Below, piece after piece: positions 31,380 through 46,096 of a stretch of DNA of 64,000 bases (positions within the stretch are counted from its first letter, which is position 1; each line of letters begins with the position of its first letter). Location: the NCBI RefSeq assembly GCF_009914755.1, contig NC_060933.1; one strand, 5' to 3'. The position numbers were made by a program, and so were the translations under genes. Source of the DNA: the human T2T-CHM13v2.0 reference genome, Homo sapiens. The notes below the pieces were generated by a model. The model was not told where the DNA came from. It saw nothing but the letters and a program-made list of their open reading frames with translations, and made no database searches.

Positions 31380-31620
31380 AATAAGAGCAAACATTTATTA
31401 AGCCTTTACTATGGGCCAAATAATACCACAAATGTATATGTAGTATTTTGTTCAATCTTGTCAAAACTCTGCTATGTAGTTCTATTTATCTTTTATAGAT
31501 AAGAAAACTGAAACTCAGTGAGATGGAATAACATGTTCAAAATCATCACAGTGAGTTTGGGGTAAGACTGGGATTTGAACCCCAGCTGTTTGACTCTAGG
31601 CTGGTTTTAGCCACTAGGTC
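31380..31620. mobile_element. MIR
   Basis: 'tttatagataagaaaactgaaactcag...gggatttgaacccc'. Confidence 0.7.
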
Positions 31621-32007
31621 GTATGTTGCTCTCTATGGATGATCTCGTGCCAGCCTTAAATTTCTGCATTTCAGTCAGAGGGATTTGAAGCATTATTCTT
31701 TATGATTTTCTCCTGCTTCTTTGGTGATATTCTTAAATTTTATTGGAGAACATTATTTTGCAAAATCTAAAATAATGTTTTCCAATAAAATTTAAGAATA
31801 TCACCAAGAAACTAAAAAGGGTGTTCACTGAAAATTACTGTAACTTCTGCCTAACTTCATCTATAACCACAGCATCAAATGATACTGGTGATAAATTCTG
31901 ATAACCAAGAGCTTACAATAAGTTATGTCATCATTAGGCTGTTCACATTTTTACTAGGTTTGTACCTTTGCATCTCATTACTGTCATACACTGAAAATGG
32001 AATTGAC

Positions 32008-32132
32008 CTGCTGTGGAGACAGGACATAGTCCCAGAGGTTGAGCTGGCTTATGGAGCCCACAAAAGACTCAGCTGGGCTGAATCCCTCTCCTTTTTTGTC
32101 TTGCTCTTGCCCCAGAACTAACGCACCACCAC
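32008..32132 (-). CDS. SVEP1: SVEP1 exon ~28, 125 bp, pentraxin ([11 protein letters not shown]...[12 protein letters not shown])
   Basis: LGQEQD pentraxin motif; acceptor ccttag|GTGG, donor CAG|gtcaat; phase 1 to 0. Confidence 0.93.
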
Positions 32133-33270
32133 CTAAGGAGAGAGAAAGAGAAAGAAAAGGAGGAAAACTGGCCTGATGGTCTGTTATTCCTAAAATCCAA
32201 ATTTAATGAAAGCACGACTGATACAAATAAATGAAAGAAAATTACTGAAAAGCAAAATTCTGTAAATTTACTGCAGGTTTTATCAATAAGAACAAATTCA
32301 ATGTTTTATATAGCAACTTAAAAATAGACAGGATTTAGAATGTTGATTTATAAACCTGTAACTACAAAAACTGTATTCAATACATATACATGCATATAAT
32401 ATTTTATGTTGACAAATTAGGTGTTATTTTGCTTACTTTCTTGTAGAAAATCACCCTCCATGGAAGTGACTGCTCTTTATCTTTCTTATTCCTTAAGCTA
32501 CAATGATATAATTTCTATCACCAAATCCAGAGAACTTTCTAAAGTTGCCAGGAGTCTCGTAATTGCCAAATTCAATAAAAATTTCAGTATTCATCTCTGT
32601 AACTTCTCTGTATCAGCTGTTTCTGTTAAGCATTTCATCCTATTCAACTTGCCTTTCTGGGTGTGCTGGACAGTCTGTGTCTGCACTGCCAGAACTGCCC
32701 TCCACCCTTCTCCACTCAGCTTTGTGTCCCAAAGGTTGTCCCCGTGAGCTGCATCACCCAGCTTCCTTGCCCCGTCTTCTCTTTGTTTCTGGCCAATGAA
32801 GAGCCAGCATGAGATAAGAAAAAGGGATGAGAGAGAACTTGAAACTCCTGTATCCCTTCCTGCCAGGCAACCAACTAGGAGTGGCTTTTTCTATTTCTGA
32901 AGAGATCAGGGGATTCTCTCCAGCACTACAGGTTCCTAAATTCTGGCAACAATGCCTAACCCTTGTCATTTCAGGCCCATCCCTTACAACCATCTGTTGT
33001 TGCTAGTCATATGTGTTTTACTGTCATATTTTGGTCTTCTTAACCATGCTCACACCTTTGAAAACAGCCCTTCGTTAAACTCACTTTAGTGATGCTACCT
33101 GTTTCCTGCCAGGAGCCTGACTTGATTACACTACGCTTGATTTCTATCAGAGCATTCTCTCCTGGTTTTCTTTGAACCTTTCTGCTCATTCTCAGTCTCC
33201 CTTCTCTGCCTGCCTCTTAGAAGTGATCCCAAGATTCTACCCTGTGACTTTCTTCCTTTAACTACTCTTT

Positions 33271-33446
33271 TTTTTTTATTTCAATAGTTTTTGGGGAATG
33301 GGTGGTTTTGGGTTACATGGATAACTTCTTTAGTGGTGATTTCTGAGATTTTGATGCACCCATCACCTGAGCTGTGTAAACTGTACCCAATGTGTAGTCT
33401 TTTATCCCTCACCCACTTCTCACCCTTCCCTCAAGTCCCCAAAGTC
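33271..33446 (-). mobile_element. Short L1PB-like 3' end
   Basis: 'tttagtggtgatttctgagatttt...cacccatcacc'; TSD aactactcttt at 33260-33270 and 33447-33457. Confidence 0.8.
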
Positions 33447-33787
33447 AACTACTCTTTCAATTTGATCTCCCTTGTTGGTCAATCTATGTCCAAAGATCCC
33501 TCCTTCATGATTTCCCAATCTACGTGTTTTTAAATTGTATTAATAATTTTAAAGTTAATACATGCACAGAAGAAAATTTTTAAAATAAATTATAAAGAAC
33601 TCCTCTTACCTAGAAATAATTATTTAATAGTTTTTTGTATTTCTTTCCAGTTTTTATTTTGTTTTAGTGTATGTGTATGTATGTGTGAGGTATTTTAAAA
33701 CACATAACTCAGTATCATACTATACAGAATGTTTGAATATTGTTGAAGGTGTTGTGAGACCATCTTGAACGCGTTCTCATTTCATGA

Positions 33788-34183
<396 letters not shown>

Positions 34184-34697
34184 TAATTAAACGGCCCCTT
34201 ATTACTGGATGTTGGCCTTGTTTCTAAGTTTAATACTAAAATGACACTGAGATAAACCTGTTTATTTATACATAATTATACGTATGTTTGAATTATTGAT
34301 TATTTCCATTAGATTGATTTCTGGTAGTTAAACTGATGGTTGCAGGCAAAGAATTTCTCTAAGGCTTTTGATACGAGTTTCTAAATTGTTTCCCAGAAAG
34401 ACTGTATCAACTTACATACTTGCCAGCGCTCTATACACAGGTTTGCTATGCTGAATCCTAGCCAGTTTTATGGTGTCACTAAAAACAACTTTGCCAATTT
34501 GATATAAAGCAGTATCACACCTATATCTTTAGCTGTATTTTCGTGACTAGAAATTCAACATAGACCTTAAACTCAGTATGTCGAAAACCATATACACAAT
34601 CTTTTCCCCTCTCACCAACTCCGTTTTTTAGAATTCTTACTTTAGCTAACAGACTCTTCAATAAACTTGGTCACTCAAACTGAAGCCAGTCATTCAC

Positions 34698-35391
<694 letters not shown>

Positions 35392-38069
35392 AGCCACGAA
35401 GGGTGTCAATTGGAACTCTGCAATATTTATGGATTCTCAAACATCCTGGCCATCCTTATGCCTCTGGTCAGCAAGCTATTTCCTTAGGTGGTTACTGTAA
35501 GAGTTTCTTGGTTTTATTTTCCTGTTCCTTCAATCTACTTTTTACTCTTCCATCATTGTTTATATTTTAAAGATAAAAATGCTTTTTTTAACCAGAAAAT
35601 AAATATACGTTCATTATGAAAATAACATAAAATGAAGTCAATAAAAATCACCTGTAATCGCACCACTTAGAGAAGAGATAGTTGAAAACAAGAACACACT
35701 AAATGAAATGAACACAAACCACTGCCCCACCTCACTTGATAATGCCATTTCCTTTTGAAATACCTTTAATGTCTGTTAATTCACTGAAGGAGAAAATGTG
35801 CATTTCTTGGGGAACATAAACAGGCTCATTAGAGCCCAACACTATGTTATGTTTCAGCTTCTTTATCACGTCTTCCTTTTCTTCTCTTCTATATACACTA
35901 TGCTACTACTTTGGGGATCAGCCAACCATTCTTCCTCACACAAACCCCATTCATGGCTCCCTGCCTCTGCACGCAGAGCTCCTTCTGTCTGAGCTGCCTT
36001 TCCCTGTTCTTCTGACTCATCCTTCAAGACACAGGCTGGTTAAATTCAGCAGATGTTTATGAAGCTACCAATAATGTGCTGTCGACAATACCAGGCACTG
36101 GACTTAGACAGATGAAAAAACATTTCTTCTTCTAAGAGATGATAATTCTAAGGGAAAATTCATGCATAAATACTTTCCGATACAGTGTGGTTAATGCAGC
36201 AATGGAGGCATGCAGAGTCAAAGAAGAACTGAAAGAAAAAGCTCAGTGAGAAAGGGCTGGGCTCAGGGAAATCTTTCAGACCTGGATCTTGAGGATTAAG
36301 AGTTAATCTCATGCAGAAGGAAGATATAGAGAGTTTCTAGGCAAAGGAGTGGGTAGAATGCCAGAAAGAATTGTCTAGAGTGATGTGTATGGTAGATACT
36401 GAGGGTGTCCATCCACATCCCCTGAGGTCCCCTCTTCCATTCTGAGTGCTACAGCTTCTAATGGTCCCACACCTGCTCCACCTGTGGGCATGTATCAATA
36501 AGCTAATCTAAGTGGTGAAGGCAGAAGGGGCCATGAAAAGGGCACAGCCATAAATTAAAAGAGGCCATAGGAATGCAATTTGAGAGACTCATTTTAACTC
36601 GTCCGGAATTCTCTGTTTCTTCATTTCTAAAATAGTAGCATAACTACTCTATTAAACTCACATGATCATTGTGACAAAAATATTGTGTAAATTTTGTAAA
36701 AATATTTGGGTAATTAGGCATAAATGGTATTACAAGGAAGTTTTGGTTTTGGCACTGGCTTCCTGTTCAAGCATATTTTACAAAGAAGCAAAGGATGATA
36801 GACCACGTTTTAAATTTATCAAGAGTGATTTCATCAAAATTATCTTATTAGATATTGCCCTAGTATTATGAAATAATTATATGATTTTCAAAAGCAGCCT
36901 CTATATTAATCTCCCAATACTCCCATCTTACAACAACCTAATGTTTCTAGTTTGTCTGTGTTTCTCTTTCCTTCCCCTCCAAATTAATCTCCCCAATCCA
37001 TTTCTTTATAAATCACCCTTGCTCCCTAAATTCATTAAACATCCTGAGCCTCCTTCTCTGCCCTCTCCTCATAACAAAATGCATGTGTCCTTGACTCTAC
37101 AGCTCTGTCCTTTGGGTCTTCCATTTCTGGAACCTCAACACTCAGATGTTGCCTTACTGGCTGGATTGGCGCTTGGCAAATGCTCAGTGTGTGGATACAC
37201 ATCCAGGGATCTGTCTGTATGTTTCATTCCTCTCTTCAGTGATTCTGGGGTTTAAGGAAGAGTGGCTTTCTCTTTTATTTTTCATTTGTCCCAAGTTTCC
37301 CTCCCAGGAGAAGCATAATAAATGCTTCTTAGAGTTCAGATATTAACTCTCAGTGCTGTCCCTGCACTGGGGAGTCCTTTTGTCCTCTGGTTGGAAACCT
37401 CTTTGTTGTTTAGGAATTTTCACATACACCCTATTACTTCTTTCTGCTCGTGACAGAACCACCTAAGCTACCCTTCCTGCCATCTCCCCCATCCATCTTA
37501 AAATGCTTCAGTAACTCCCTATTGATTTTAGGGTGAAAACCTCAATCCTTAACCTACACCACATGGCTTTACGTGATTTGGCCATGTCCGCCCTCTCTAC
37601 CTGCATGCCTTGCCTTCCCTCTTTCAGCCTGCATTTCAGATACATCAATCTTTTTCTAGCGCTTTCAACAAGGCCCAGGCTCCTTCACTAAATTAGTGCC
37701 TGATCACCCTGGAGAGTTAGGGACATATCCACAAGCCTCGATGGACTCCCCATTCTACATCAGCTCCTTGGGTACAGGCTTTCATAGAATGATGTTCCTT
37801 TCCACCATAGTGCTTGCCTCAGTGTGAAATTACACAGCATTTAGTGTGATTATGTGATGAACACCTCACTCTCTGACCACAATAAAAGCATCTGGAGAGC
37901 AGGGACCACACGACTTTTGCCCACCATTGGGTTTCCAGTGCCTTGCATAGGTGCCTGGCTTTCCTAGTGAGTGCTTAGGACGTATTCTTTACATTCACAA
38001 GTAGATCAATTTTGGTTTGATCCACATGGATCTTCGTAGTATTAAAGTGAAACAATACATGGACAATAA

Positions 38070-38385
38070 TTTCTTTCTTTTTTCTTTTTTTTTTTTTTTT
38101 TGAGACAGAGCCTCTCTCCATTGCCCAGGCTGGAGTGCAGTGGCATGATCTCGGCTCACGGCAATCTTCGCCTCCTGGGTTCAAGCGATTCTCCTGCCTC
38201 AGCCTCCTGAGTAGCTGGAATTACAGGCATCTACCACCATGCCTGGCTAATTTTTCTGTGCGTTTTTTAGTAGAGATAGGGCTTCACCATATTGTCCAGG
38301 GCGGTCTCCAACTCCTGACCTCGTGATCCACCCTCCTCAGCCTTCCAAAGTGCTGGGATTACAGGCGTGAGCCACCGTACCTGGC
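38070..38385 (-). mobile_element. Alu (AluSc/Sg-like)
   Basis: 'gacctcgtgatcc'; TSD caataatttct. Confidence 0.9.
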
Positions 38386-39168
38386 CAATAATTTCTAATA
38401 AATAAAATAAGTATTGTATTTGAGGCTTCGCAAGGGTCATCTCACCGCATTTTTATGAAGTTTAGTATTTTTGTGCTATATTTATTAGTATACGTATCCT
38501 AGTTTCATACAACTTACTTCTAGAATGTATTAGTCAGTTTCTAATACTTTAATTCATTTTTGTCTATTTAATTTTCTTTTAGTATACCTGAAACAAATGA
38601 GCAAAGTAAAAAATAATGTCATATGCATATACTTCTATAGATGTATCCAGATAGAACAAGCTTATTGCCATGTACAATGCTGAGAACCTGGGTCACCTAA
38701 TGAAATTTAGTTTGCAATTCTTCAAACTAAAACTCCTGGGATATTTATTAAAAAGTATTTTTTAGAAGACAAGCCAAGATCTATTTGAAAAGGGCCATAA
38801 AAGATGGATAGCAGTGGTCCTGCTTATATACTGATTACAAAACAAAACAATCCTTAAAATAAACAAAAAATACCAGTAATTAATCTCCTTAGAAGACAGT
38901 TTAGCAACCAGCTGCTAGTTCAGCATGCTTCTTGGTAGTCTTAATGTAGATCTTCAAAGGCATTTCTCACACAGAGAGGCAAACAGCTTACTTAGGAAAA
39001 AAGCTTCTAATAACCCACAGTTAGGATAATCAGGGAGTAGGAAATGAGAGAGATAGCTGTTAATCTTTGTTTGAAACCAAGAACAACAATGCTAGCAAAC
39101 CTGATGTCCATTTAAGCAGCATCACCTCTAGAGTCCAACAGAATTATACTCATTTTGTTAAAACATAC

Positions 39169-39344
39169 CAGGTATGGGCAAACCAACAGAGAGGCCAGCA
39201 CCACCGTCAGATAATTTCCCATCGATATAGACTTTCCAGATGCCATTGGCACTTGTCCAAGTGATTGCAATATGATGCCATCTGCCATCATTCACCGAGG
39301 GACAGTTTGTTATCTTTTCCCTGCCATTCACATAAAGAACCCAG
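39169..39344 (-). CDS. SVEP1: SVEP1 exon ~27, 176 bp, pentraxin (WVLYVNG...[11 protein letters not shown]...LPIP)
   Basis: Acceptor ctacag|CTGG, donor CTG|gtatgt; phase 2 to 1. Confidence 0.93.
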
Positions 39345-39805
39345 CTGTAGAGAGAAAGATTCCAGGGAATGTAGTCATTAGCCATATGTTGCAATCCTTA
39401 CTGTGGGGCATGCTACAATTTTTCTTCTTTTTCTTTTTTTGTGGGTAAAGTACTTTGTGTAAATCCATTACTCTTTTTTTTTCTACATTTGGTCACATTT
39501 TGTAGAAGCAGATTTGATTTACTAATTATACTTTATTGTAGCTCACTGAAAATTGGTTTGTGTTTCTTAAACACTGAGGGGTAGGAAAAAGTCTTAGGAT
39601 GAGCCAAGAGAAGTTGCTCCAATTTGAGAGAATTTACCAACTGGCTGTTTTGGAGAGAATGAGTCAAGAATGGAAAGGGTGAGAATTGTGTAAATGTCAA
39701 ACTGACATCCTTCTTCCAGAATGTAAGTTTCTTAAGACCAAGAACAAATTTCAGATGTTTCATAGATACTTCATCAAACAAACAATTAGTCTGTTTGATG
39801 GTTGC

Positions 39806-40114
39806 TGCTATGGTTTGAATATTTGTATGCTCTCAGAATTTATATATTGAAATGTAATCACCAATGTGATTAGGAGGTGGAGTCTTTGGGAAGTGATTAG
39901 GTCATGAAGGCTCTGAAGAGACCACTTGCACCTTCGCCATGTGAAGACAGAGTAAGAAGGTGCCATCGTGGACAGGAAAGTAGGGCCTCCCCAGACACTA
40001 ACTATGCTGGCACCTTGATCTTGAAGCCTCCAGAACTGTGAGAAATATATTTCTGTTCTTTACAAGCCACCAAGTCTATGCTATTTATTATAGCAGCCTG
40101 AATGGACTAAGACA
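39806..40114. mobile_element. MaLR solo LTR (MST/MLT1A-like)
   Basis: tgctatggtttgaat...ggactaagaca with perfect 5-bp TSD gttgc. Confidence 0.85.
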
Positions 40115-41460
40115 GTTGCTCATGTAGTCATATGTCAGACAAAGTATGCTGATCCAAAGAAAAGAATAATTGAAACAACAAGGATGGCCAGCCAGAAGAT
40201 ATTTCCAATAACTGTGTCATTCAGGGAAATGACAAAGCTAATAAGCAGTTTAAAGTAAAAAGTCTTCAAAATCAAATGGAGAAAAAGAAACGATTAGAGA
40301 AAGTTGATAATGAAGATAAAAATTCATTGACCACTTCTCCCAGCATCTTATCAGATCCTGTTTACAGAGGTTTATGAAAAAATAATATTTTTGCAATATT
40401 AATGGTTTCCTTTCTGCATTTTTCCAGTTTCTCTCCTTATTCAAGGAGGCGACAGATTCTCTCTTTATATATATTTTGTCTCAAAGGAGGGTTTTTGCAA
40501 ACTTCTTGGATTTTTGTTTTTGACAGATCAAGTACATTAAGAAGAATAGTATTTGAGGATGGGAGACTTCTACCAGAATAGTGAGATTCCCTTGGATTGG
40601 GGATAGAAAAAAAAGCTCAGTGGGTTTTGAACACCAACAACCTGCTCATAAGTAGGCCAACGATTTCAGTGGATCTGAGAGGAAAAGGCCATGTGGTGCA
40701 CCACAGAATCTAACCACACGGAAGTTATGAACCTGAAGTTTTGCCAAGGATTTCACATGTTTAAAAAAGCAGTGGTTTTAAAGGGACCACAAACGCTGGG
40801 TCAGTGGACAGCTCAGTGATAAATAATGTGGACAGTTGGCCAACGATGGAAGTCCTGCTCAAGTCCGTGGCTCTTTGGCAAGACTCTGGGTACAACTAAG
40901 GTTGGCTCTCCTGACAACCCATGGCGATGGGGCCCTGGAGTTGGAATTAGTGGATTCTAAAAAAAATATGCACACTGAGTTTGTATACTGATTTGTATGC
41001 AATACACTTGTCTCCCAAGGTCAATGATGTCACTGAAATCCCTTAACTTTTAGAGATCCTATTATATAAAAGAAAGAGCATCAGTATTTGAGTCAGAGTT
41101 TGAGACTTAGCCCTGCTACTCCCAAGGTGTGAGATCTGGGGCAAGTCATTTAGACTTTCTGAAACTTTATTCTACTGTCTATAAAATGGGCACAGCTCCT
41201 CAGGTCATTGTGACTATCAGATGAAGTAATACATATGAAAAGACTTAGTAAACAGCAAAACACAATACATGTTTGAGGTATTATCACTAAAAATTTACGT
41301 TCTTACAGAACTTGTTCAGATGCTCCATTTGATTATTGACACCCTGCTGTTTTCTGGGAACACCTGACCCTCTACTTTCCCATTTCCCATCCTCAATGTC
41401 AGTTCTAATTCGGTTCCAAGATAAGATCTTAAGCATAGCCTTCCCGACACTTCTGCTTAC

Positions 41461-41662
41461 CCGTTATAATCAGTCAGGAGCAAGGTATTGTCGCTGCCGT
41501 TATCAACTGCATAGGAGATTGGTGTTCCATAGTTCATGTCGTCAGAGGATTTCATCCAGAAGGTACAGGTTAGAGCATGGAGAGATGGGAGCATGCCATC
41601 TAGCATGACATATCCATAGATGCCAGAAACTTCAAAATCCAGGTTAAAGCCTGTAGACTGTT
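41461..41662 (-). CDS. SVEP1: SVEP1 exon ~26, 202 bp, pentraxin N-terminal part ([10 protein letters not shown]...TDYNG)
   Basis: Acceptor ttgcag|AACA, donor CGG|gtaagc; phase 1 to 2. Confidence 0.93.
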
Positions 41663-42523
41663 CTGCAATGAATAAGAAAAGTGTGCAGACTGTGGCACTT
41701 GAAAGACATTTCCAATTGTCAGAGGAAGCAGTGCTATTGTCAAAGAAGCTCATTTCAGTGAATATGATTATCTAAGAAGCAGTTTCAAAATTAAATACAT
41801 ATTATTTACAAAATACATAGTGCATTCTTTTAAATAAAATAACCAGTGAGTATATAAGATAGGAAAAGCATTCAATAGTGAAAGGAAGCAGAGAAACAGG
41901 AAGTAGTTGGAAGGAGAGGTGAAATTGAAATGCTACTAAAGCCAGGAGATACTAAAGCATGTCTGTATGCTGATGAGAATGACTCAGTAGAGAGGAAGTA
42001 ATTGATGTCACAGGAGAGAAGGAGGAGGTGCTGCAAGGGCAACATGCTGCCCTACTCAAGGCTCTGGCTTTTCCCTATTTCATGAGCAATTCAGCTCTGC
42101 CCCAAACCTGCACAGACCACTCAATAAAACAAGTCTTACAGCTAAAAGACTCCAGTCTCCTGAGAAAGTATTTAGATTTGATCTGCTGATTCTCAAACAT
42201 GTCCATGGAGTCTCACCTCTGAAGTCAAGCGGCTTATCAAAGTATCATTTCTATTATAAATAAGTAGAACATGAAGAGTTCTACTAAATTCAATTTTCTC
42301 TATTTCCCCCCTAAATTTTTAAGCTTTAATTTCATCATCTGTGCCACTGAGGATAATAGTAGTAGTACCTAGTTTGTTGGATGGCTGTGAAGATTAAATG
42401 AGTACAAAGTGCTTGGCATCGTTTTTGGCCTACGGACACTGCTTGGTGCAGGCAAAATTGGTATTATTGTTATTATATTACTATTGTTAGTATTGTTATT
42501 AATAACACTGAGTTGATACATAC

Positions 42524-42681
42524 CTGTTTCACACCTTTGGCCTGAAAATCCTGGCTGACATTTACAACTGTATGAATTTAATTCATCCACACAGGTGGCC
42601 TGATTTCTACATGGATTAGACTGACATTCATTGATGTTCAATTCACAGTGTGATCCTGTGAAGCCAGCTGCACACAGGCAT
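42524..42681 (-). CDS. SVEP1: SVEP1 exon ~25, 158 bp, EGF ([12 protein letters not shown]...QRCET)
   Basis: Acceptor tttcag|ATGC, donor CAG|gtatgt; phase 2 to 1. Confidence 0.93.
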
Positions 42682-43753
42682 CTGAAAGAAAACAAAATGT
42701 TGTAACAATTAGAACAGTTGTAGGAAGTCTCCCATTTATGATAATCTTATCTCGAAAGACTTTGAAAATTGAAATGCTGGAACACATTTTCTACACCAAA
42801 ACAGTGCTTTAATTGCAGGTTACTTTTTCCAGTTCACTTGATTAAATCTATGTAAGACAAGATGTATTAGAAATGTGCAGTAGCAAAAATAAAGTAGAAA
42901 GTAGTTCTGGTACAGGTGAAATATAATTCATACATTGTGGTTTCTCTCCTCATAGGAGTTCTCAGAAAAATATGAAAAGTTCAAATGCTGTTCTAAAGGC
43001 TTTTATATGTTAAGCCAATTTTCATAACAATGAGGTAATACTAGTATTATTCCCATTTTACAGATAAGCTAAACTGTGGCTCAGAAAGATTAAAGAATTT
43101 ACCCAAGTTCTATTGCTACCAAGTGGTGGAGTGGGGTTTTGAATCAACCTATACTCTTTTTCTTAATCAGGATGCTATATAGTTTCTGTGCTATGCAACA
43201 AACCATTTTAAACTCATCAGAATGGAAAGTATATCTGGTAATGTCAAATGTTGACAAGAGTGTCATAAAATAGGAAGTCCCATATAGTGAGTAAGACTAC
43301 AATTTGGCAATGTCATGAGAAGTTGAGAGTTTGTGTTCCCAGAGCCCTATAAATCCATTTCTTGTTTTCTGCTCTAGGAGATAATTGCACAAGGTGCACA
43401 GGGACCCATATAACAAATGTTCATAGCAGGATCATTCTAAATGTCTATGGAGAGGAGAATGAGAAAATGAATCATGGTGTAGTTAATTCCATCATGTAAT
43501 GGAATACTAAGGAGCAATTGAAATGAACAAACCAAAGCCAAATGTAACCTCCTTGATAATACTTGAAAATATCATGCTGAGTGGAAAAAAAAACCGAATT
43601 GCAAAAAGAATATGTATGTTATGATACCACTTATGTAACATGTAACTTATATACTGTTTATAGAAGTCATATATGTAGCAAAATATAAAACCTGAATAAG
43701 AAAGATATATTCAGACTGCAGGACGGTGATTACTGCTGGGGGAAGAAAGTGAA

Positions 43754-43820
43754 TGTGTGTGTGTGTGTGTGTGCGCGTGTGTGTGTGTGCGCGCGCTCGC
43801 GCGCGTGTGTATGCATGTGT
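43754..43820. repeat. (TG)n/(CG)n compound microsatellite
   Basis: Seen directly. Confidence 0.9.
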
Positions 43821-45083
43821 CTATGTTGGAGGGAATCCAGCCCTACCTTTAAAACTTACGTCTTTAAAACAGAAGATGTGAATCAAATATGGCAAAATAT
43901 TAAGGTTTGATAATCACAGTGATCAGTACATGACTTTTATTATTGTAATTTTCCGTGTGACTGAAATATTTTGTAATTTAAAAGGACTGGTCCAATAAAT
44001 GCGAGTTAATGTTATTGTTACTAGCATGTCATACGAAGACCTCTTTGATATTGACCTAACAGTGTCTAATAGGAATAACTGGTGTTTGGAGGATGTAAAC
44101 AAAATCTCATTTGGAATTGAGGGATCTTTACTGGGTCTCTGCATTTGACGGTAAATCTATTTTGACTATAATTTCACTCACCTTTATCCTCCTGTGTTTG
44201 GTGTCATTACAACACTATCATATCCTCATCTATGAAATAGATTCACTTTGTCAACAACCTATGTTCCTTCTGAATTGGGAGCGTGTACCTTCACCTTTCT
44301 TCTAGTTAGGATTTAGACAACTTTGGTATTCATCAATCGTTTTAAACCCAGGAAAGAGTTTAGAACTCTTGTTGTTCATCTGGAAATTTCTCATTGTCTA
44401 CAGTTATGTACTATATGCCAGAAAATGTCAAACACCCATGAGAAAGTGATGCTACATGATAAGACCTCATTTCCACATTGTAGGTGAAAGTCTCATTGGC
44501 AGAGTTGCCTTCTTATTTCTTCTGGATAGCGCCTTGGCTGTTTGTGGGAGGATGGTAATGGAAGGGGGCTGAACTAGAAGAAAGGGGATTGGGAAATGTT
44601 GCAATTGGGCTAGATCTTTTTTTTCTTTTTGGTTTTTACTTTTGCAAACTTATAAAACCAGCAGCATCTTGAGGACAATACAGTTTTCTAAAATTTTGCA
44701 AGCAAGAGAAATCTATCTTGTATACTACAGATGTGCTGTCTTCTGTACTTCCCTGCAAAGAGTGGGGGATGGAATGGGATAGTCTTGATAATGACAACAG
44801 GAGAGGGTTGTTTTTCAAACTGTATTCTACTGGCACCTAAGAGCTGCCTCAGGGAGACATAGTCTTTCTGCCCCTCAAATACTACTATTTTCAGCCACAA
44901 AAGCTTAGCTTTGATTATTTTACTTTTTTACATTCATGTTAGATTTCTTTTGAACCAAAGGTTACTAAACTAAAAAAAAAAGTTTGAAAATCATGGACAT
45001 AGAATAAAGATGAGCACTATCACAGTATGATTGCAGATTCCATTTTGATTTTATCTGGTATAAAAACTTTAGCTAAAGCACAT

Positions 45084-45340
45084 GTGGCTCATCTGAGGCC
45101 AGGAGTTCAAGACCAGCCTGGCCAACACGGTGAAACCCCGTCTCTACTAAAAATACAAAAGTTAGCCAGGCGTGGTGGCAGGCACCTGTAATCCCAGCTA
45201 CTTGGGAGGTTGAGGCAGGAGAATCGCTTTAAACTGGGAGAAAGAGGTTACAGTGAGCCGAGATCGTGCTATTGCACTCCAGCCTGGGAGACAAGAGCAA
45301 AATTCCATCTCAGAAAATAAAAAAATAAAAATAAATAAAT
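45084..45340 (+). mobile_element. 5'-truncated Alu (AluS-like)
   Basis: Starts mid left arm at 'catctgaggccaggagttcaagacc'. Confidence 0.88.
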
Positions 45341-45686
45341 AATTAAAATATGGGCTTTGTCTAGTACTACTGTATTTGCTTCTGAGTAATTATATTTCAT
45401 CTTTTATGACTTCCCAAGTATAGAACGTTAGTTCCCAAACATGGCTGTGCATCAGAATCATTGGGAAACTTAAGCCATAACAGGTTGCCTATTTTAAAAT
45501 GATAGGCTCTACTTCAGGCTTAGTGAAGCAGAAATGGCGGTGGGAATATTCAACTGTAGCCTATCCTCGGGCCAGCATTTGAGAATGACTGACTTGAGAC
45601 TCAAAGCAATACTCCATAAAGGCTGCAGAATCACTGAATAGTTTAAAAAATAAAAACAGTGAAAAGAATCAGACTTAGCCTTTTAC

Positions 45687-45888
45687 CTGAAGCTATTGGC
45701 ACCGTCTTTACAGGTAGCTCCATTTTTGCATGGCTGACTGAGACACTCATCGACGTTCTTTCCACATCGGGTACCCAAAAATCCAGGTGGGCATTTGCAC
45801 ATGAATCCCCCAACCTGGTCTTCACAGACTGCATTATTTAAGCATGGGTTTGACTGGCATTCATTGACTTCTGTTTCACAATGCAGGC
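45687..45888 (-). CDS. SVEP1: SVEP1 exon ~24, 202 bp, cbEGF ([10 protein letters not shown]...ANSFR)
   Basis: Acceptor cctcag|GCCT, donor CAG|gtaaaa; phase 1 to 2. Confidence 0.93.
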
Positions 45889-46096
45889 CTGAGGATGGAG
45901 AAGGAAGAGAAACAGCCCAAATGATTAACTCCCTGGGAACACTGTAACTAAAGTGTTGACTCCCTGGAGGATGCTGCTTCTAGAGGATTGGAATGGAGGC
46001 TGTGGAGCCCATCAAACTGGTTTGAGATCCATTCTGTAATGGGCTCTGGCTTTTGTAAGTCATTTTTTTGTGGACTCTGAGTTTTTGATAATCTGT

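Noticed and set aside
32740-33130. Possible ERVL LTR (LTR16/LTR33-like) and scattered L2/MIR/L1ME fragments elsewhere
   Set aside because: Too diverged to set family or boundaries by eye; needs RepeatMasker
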